DNA of 36,445 nt. Origin: Chloroflexota bacterium (GTDB taxonomy: Bacteria; Chloroflexota; Limnocylindria; Limnocylindrales; CSP1-4). The notes under the pieces were generated by a model, which saw only the letters and a list, made by a program, of their open reading frames with translations, was not told the DNA's origin and made no database searches. The translations under genes were made by a program, and so were the position numbers. This document shows positions 34,655-36,445 of this stretch, piece by piece. The stretch is taken from positions 1 to 36,445 of the forward strand of contig JANMQO010000296.1 of NCBI GenBank assembly GCA_031370565.1. Direction: 5' to 3'. The number at the start of each line of letters is the position of its first letter. Position 1 is the stretch's first letter.

Positions 34655-36127
34655 TCAGCGCACCGCCGCCGAGTCAGGGCCGTCGGGCTGGCTGGTCTCC
34701 GGGGCATCCGCGGATCCCCATCGCCACCAGGCCGGTCGAGCGTGGAAGGCAGCGCCCACGACGAGCAGCCAGGCGATCCCGGCCAGGAGCCCGCCGACGA
34801 CGTCCGTCAGGTAGTGGTAGCCGAGATAGATGCGGCTGGCCCCGACCGCGAACGCGAGCACCACGGCGACGGCCAGTCCGAGCCTGCCAACCCGCTGGCC
34901 GAAGACCGACCAGAGGATGAGGCCCAGCGCGATGTAGAAGACGACCGCGTTCATCGTATGGCCGCTCGGGAAGCTGTAGTCAGGCAGGACGTGGGCATAC
35001 CCGAGCTGCGGACGCGGGCGCTGGAAGAAGAGCTTCATCGTCCCCTGGATGATCAAGGCGCCGCCGCTCGCCACCGTCAGGAAGCTGGTGGCACCGTAGC
35101 GGCGCTTCCAGAGCAGCCAGACGACGACGGCGACGAAGCCGGGCACGATGATCAGACTCGACCCGACGTCCGTCAGCGTGTTCATCAGCAGATCCAGACC
35201 CGGCGACGCGATGCCGTGCAAGAAGGGCGTCGCCCACGTGTCGAGCGCGAACACCTCCTGCGTGCGCACGCCCTCGGCGATCGAGCCCAGCACGATGAGG
35301 CTGGCGATCAAGCCGGCCAGACCGATGACGACCGTCGCGGTTGCGGCCGTGGGCGAAGGACGGACGACCGTTCCGGGGATCCCCGGCTGTACCGGATCGA
35401 CGGGACCCAGCGGACCGCTTTCAGCCGTCGGCCCGCCCGCAGACGTGGGCTGGTCGGCCCAGGCACCGGGCCTCGTCCACCAGGCATAGAGGCCCAGCGC
35501 GCCGATCCCAGCCAGGACGCCAGCGAGGATATCGGTCGGATAGTGCGCCTCCAGGACGAGCCGGGCGATCCCGACGAGGACGACTTCGACGGCCACGGCG
35601 ATGGCGACGGCCACCCGGAGCACGAGCGGGCGGGCACTACGCCAGACCCGCAGGGTGACGAACCCCAGGATCGTCAACGCCTCGAGCACGTGCCCGGACG
35701 GGTAGCTGTAGATGACTCCGGGGATCCCGGCGGCCGTGCCGGTCACTGGCCGGGGTCGGAGGGTGAGCTGCTTGACAGCCTCGCTTCCCACGGTCACCGC
35801 CGCGAGCATCACGAGCACGAGAATCGCCTCGCGACGGCGCTTCGTCAGGAACAACCAGGACACGAACCCAAGCCCGATGACGATGAGCGGGATATTCGCT
35901 GTTTCCGTGATCGCCTTCCAGATATCCGGTTGGCCATCCCAGCTGTGGGCAAGCGCGAGCAGGGACTGATCGAAGGGAAAGACGACCCGGCTGGCCACCG
36001 CCACCGTCAAGAGCACGAAGCCGGCGAGGCTGGCCAGCGCGAGAAGCAGCCAGCGGGTGTTTACTCGCCCCGCCGTCGCGTGATCGGGTGCGCGGTCGTC
36101 GGCAGCGCGAGGTTGCGTGTCGGTCAC
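34655..36127 (-). CDS. Membrane phosphatase with two tandem PAP2 domains
   Basis: Two motif sets: KQLTLRPRP/SYPSGH/RLVLEAHYPTD and KLFFQRPRP/SFPSGH/SRIYLGYHYLTD. GTG 36127 with SD GGAG. Confidence 0.9.
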   Translation of the reverse strand: MTDTQPRAADDRAPDHATAGRVNTRWLLLALASLAGFVLLTVAVASRVVFPFDQSLLALAHSWDGQPDIWKAITETANIPLIVIGLGFVSWLFLTKRRREAILVLVMLAAVTVGSEAVKQLTLRPRPVTGTAAGIPGVIYSYPSGHVLEALTILGFVTLRVWRSARPLVLRVAVAIAVAVEVVLVGIARLVLEAHYPTDILAGVLAGIGALGLYAWWTRPGAWADQPTSAGGPTAESGPLGPVDPVQPGIPGTVVRPSPTAATATVVIGLAGLIASLIVLGSIAEGVRTQEVFALDTWATPFLHGIASPGLDLLMNTLTDVGSSLIIVPGFVAVVVWLLWKRRYGATSFLTVASGGALIIQGTMKLFFQRPRPQLGYAHVLPDYSFPSGHTMNAVVFYIALGLILWSVFGQRVGRLGLAVAVVLAFAVGASRIYLGYHYLTDVVGGLLAGIAWLLVVGAAFHARPAWWRWGSADAPETSQPDGPDSAAVR

Positions 36128-36272
36128 TGGGACTCCTGCGGATCGAGTGCCATGGCTGCGGCGCACGCTAGCAGACCCTGACGTTCGGCGAGGACATCGA
36201 CATCGGGCGGGACATTGCCGTCATGTGACAAACCCCGCCGGGCCCGGCCGCCTCCCCTCTCTGCCAAGATTC

Positions 36273-36437
36273 GGTGAGACGCCCCATCTTCTCTGATTAC
36301 TGAACGAGGGCGGCGATTCTCGCCGGCGGCTGCGTGGGGCCTGCTGTTCATGGCGGCTGGCAACCAAGCCCCGTGGCTGACGCCACAGCAGCGATGGCGC
36401 CTTCGACAGTACCTCGCGTCGTCGTCGGTCTCCCACC
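36273..36437 (+). other. Candidate structured non-coding RNA element, unassigned
   Basis: Nested complementary segments (listed in findings) and no credible ORF. No known family recognised. Confidence 0.3.
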
Positions 36438-36445
36438 TGAGAAGT

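Noticed and set aside
36124-36436. Short minus-strand ORFs 36124..36363 and 36221..36436; known riboswitch classes (SAM-I, c-di-GMP, c-di-AMP, fluoride, lysine)
   Set aside because: The ORFs lack protein-like composition. Only isolated words such as GGCAACC match riboswitch consensus, not full motif sets.

Overview
High-GC bacterial chromosomal window, mostly housekeeping genes. Gene content and order suggest a monoderm Terrabacteria lineage, possibly Chloroflexota (inference, not verified). From left to right: (i) a minus-strand accessory block downstream of tRNA-Val(CAC), with a 3xPAS hybrid histidine kinase and a coupled nucleoside phosphorylase > GT2-like > GT4 glycosyltransferase run; (ii) a minus-strand division/cell-wall (dcw) cluster, mraZ-rsmH-[65-aa ORF]-ftsL-ftsI-murF-mraY-murD-ftsW-murG-murB-ddl-ftsQ-sbp-ftsA-ftsZ-yggS-yggU, which lacks murE and murC and is preceded by a sigma70-type promoter and 10-bp-periodic MraZ-type boxes; (iii) a membrane LysM protein with an N-terminal 4-Cys domain, divergent from a small 4-Cys protein and a membrane-anchored hypothetical; (iv) RNase P RNA directly after an RNase HI gene that has no canonical start codon and follows sdhCDAB; (v) divergent sucCD, a convergent methylmalonyl-CoA epimerase, a small membrane protein, a serpin lipoprotein, a double-PAP2 phosphatase and a structured non-coding stretch at the right end. 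No mobile element or CRISPR array was seen. The best novelty candidates are the uncharacterised dcw-associated genes (65-aa Arg-rich ORF, Cys4-TM-LysM protein, small Cys4 protein, rsmH uORF), the probable CTG-initiated RNase HI, and the phosphorylase-glycosyltransferase operon. Many supplied ORFs are GC-rich shadow frames or over-extended, so starts were re-called by hand.
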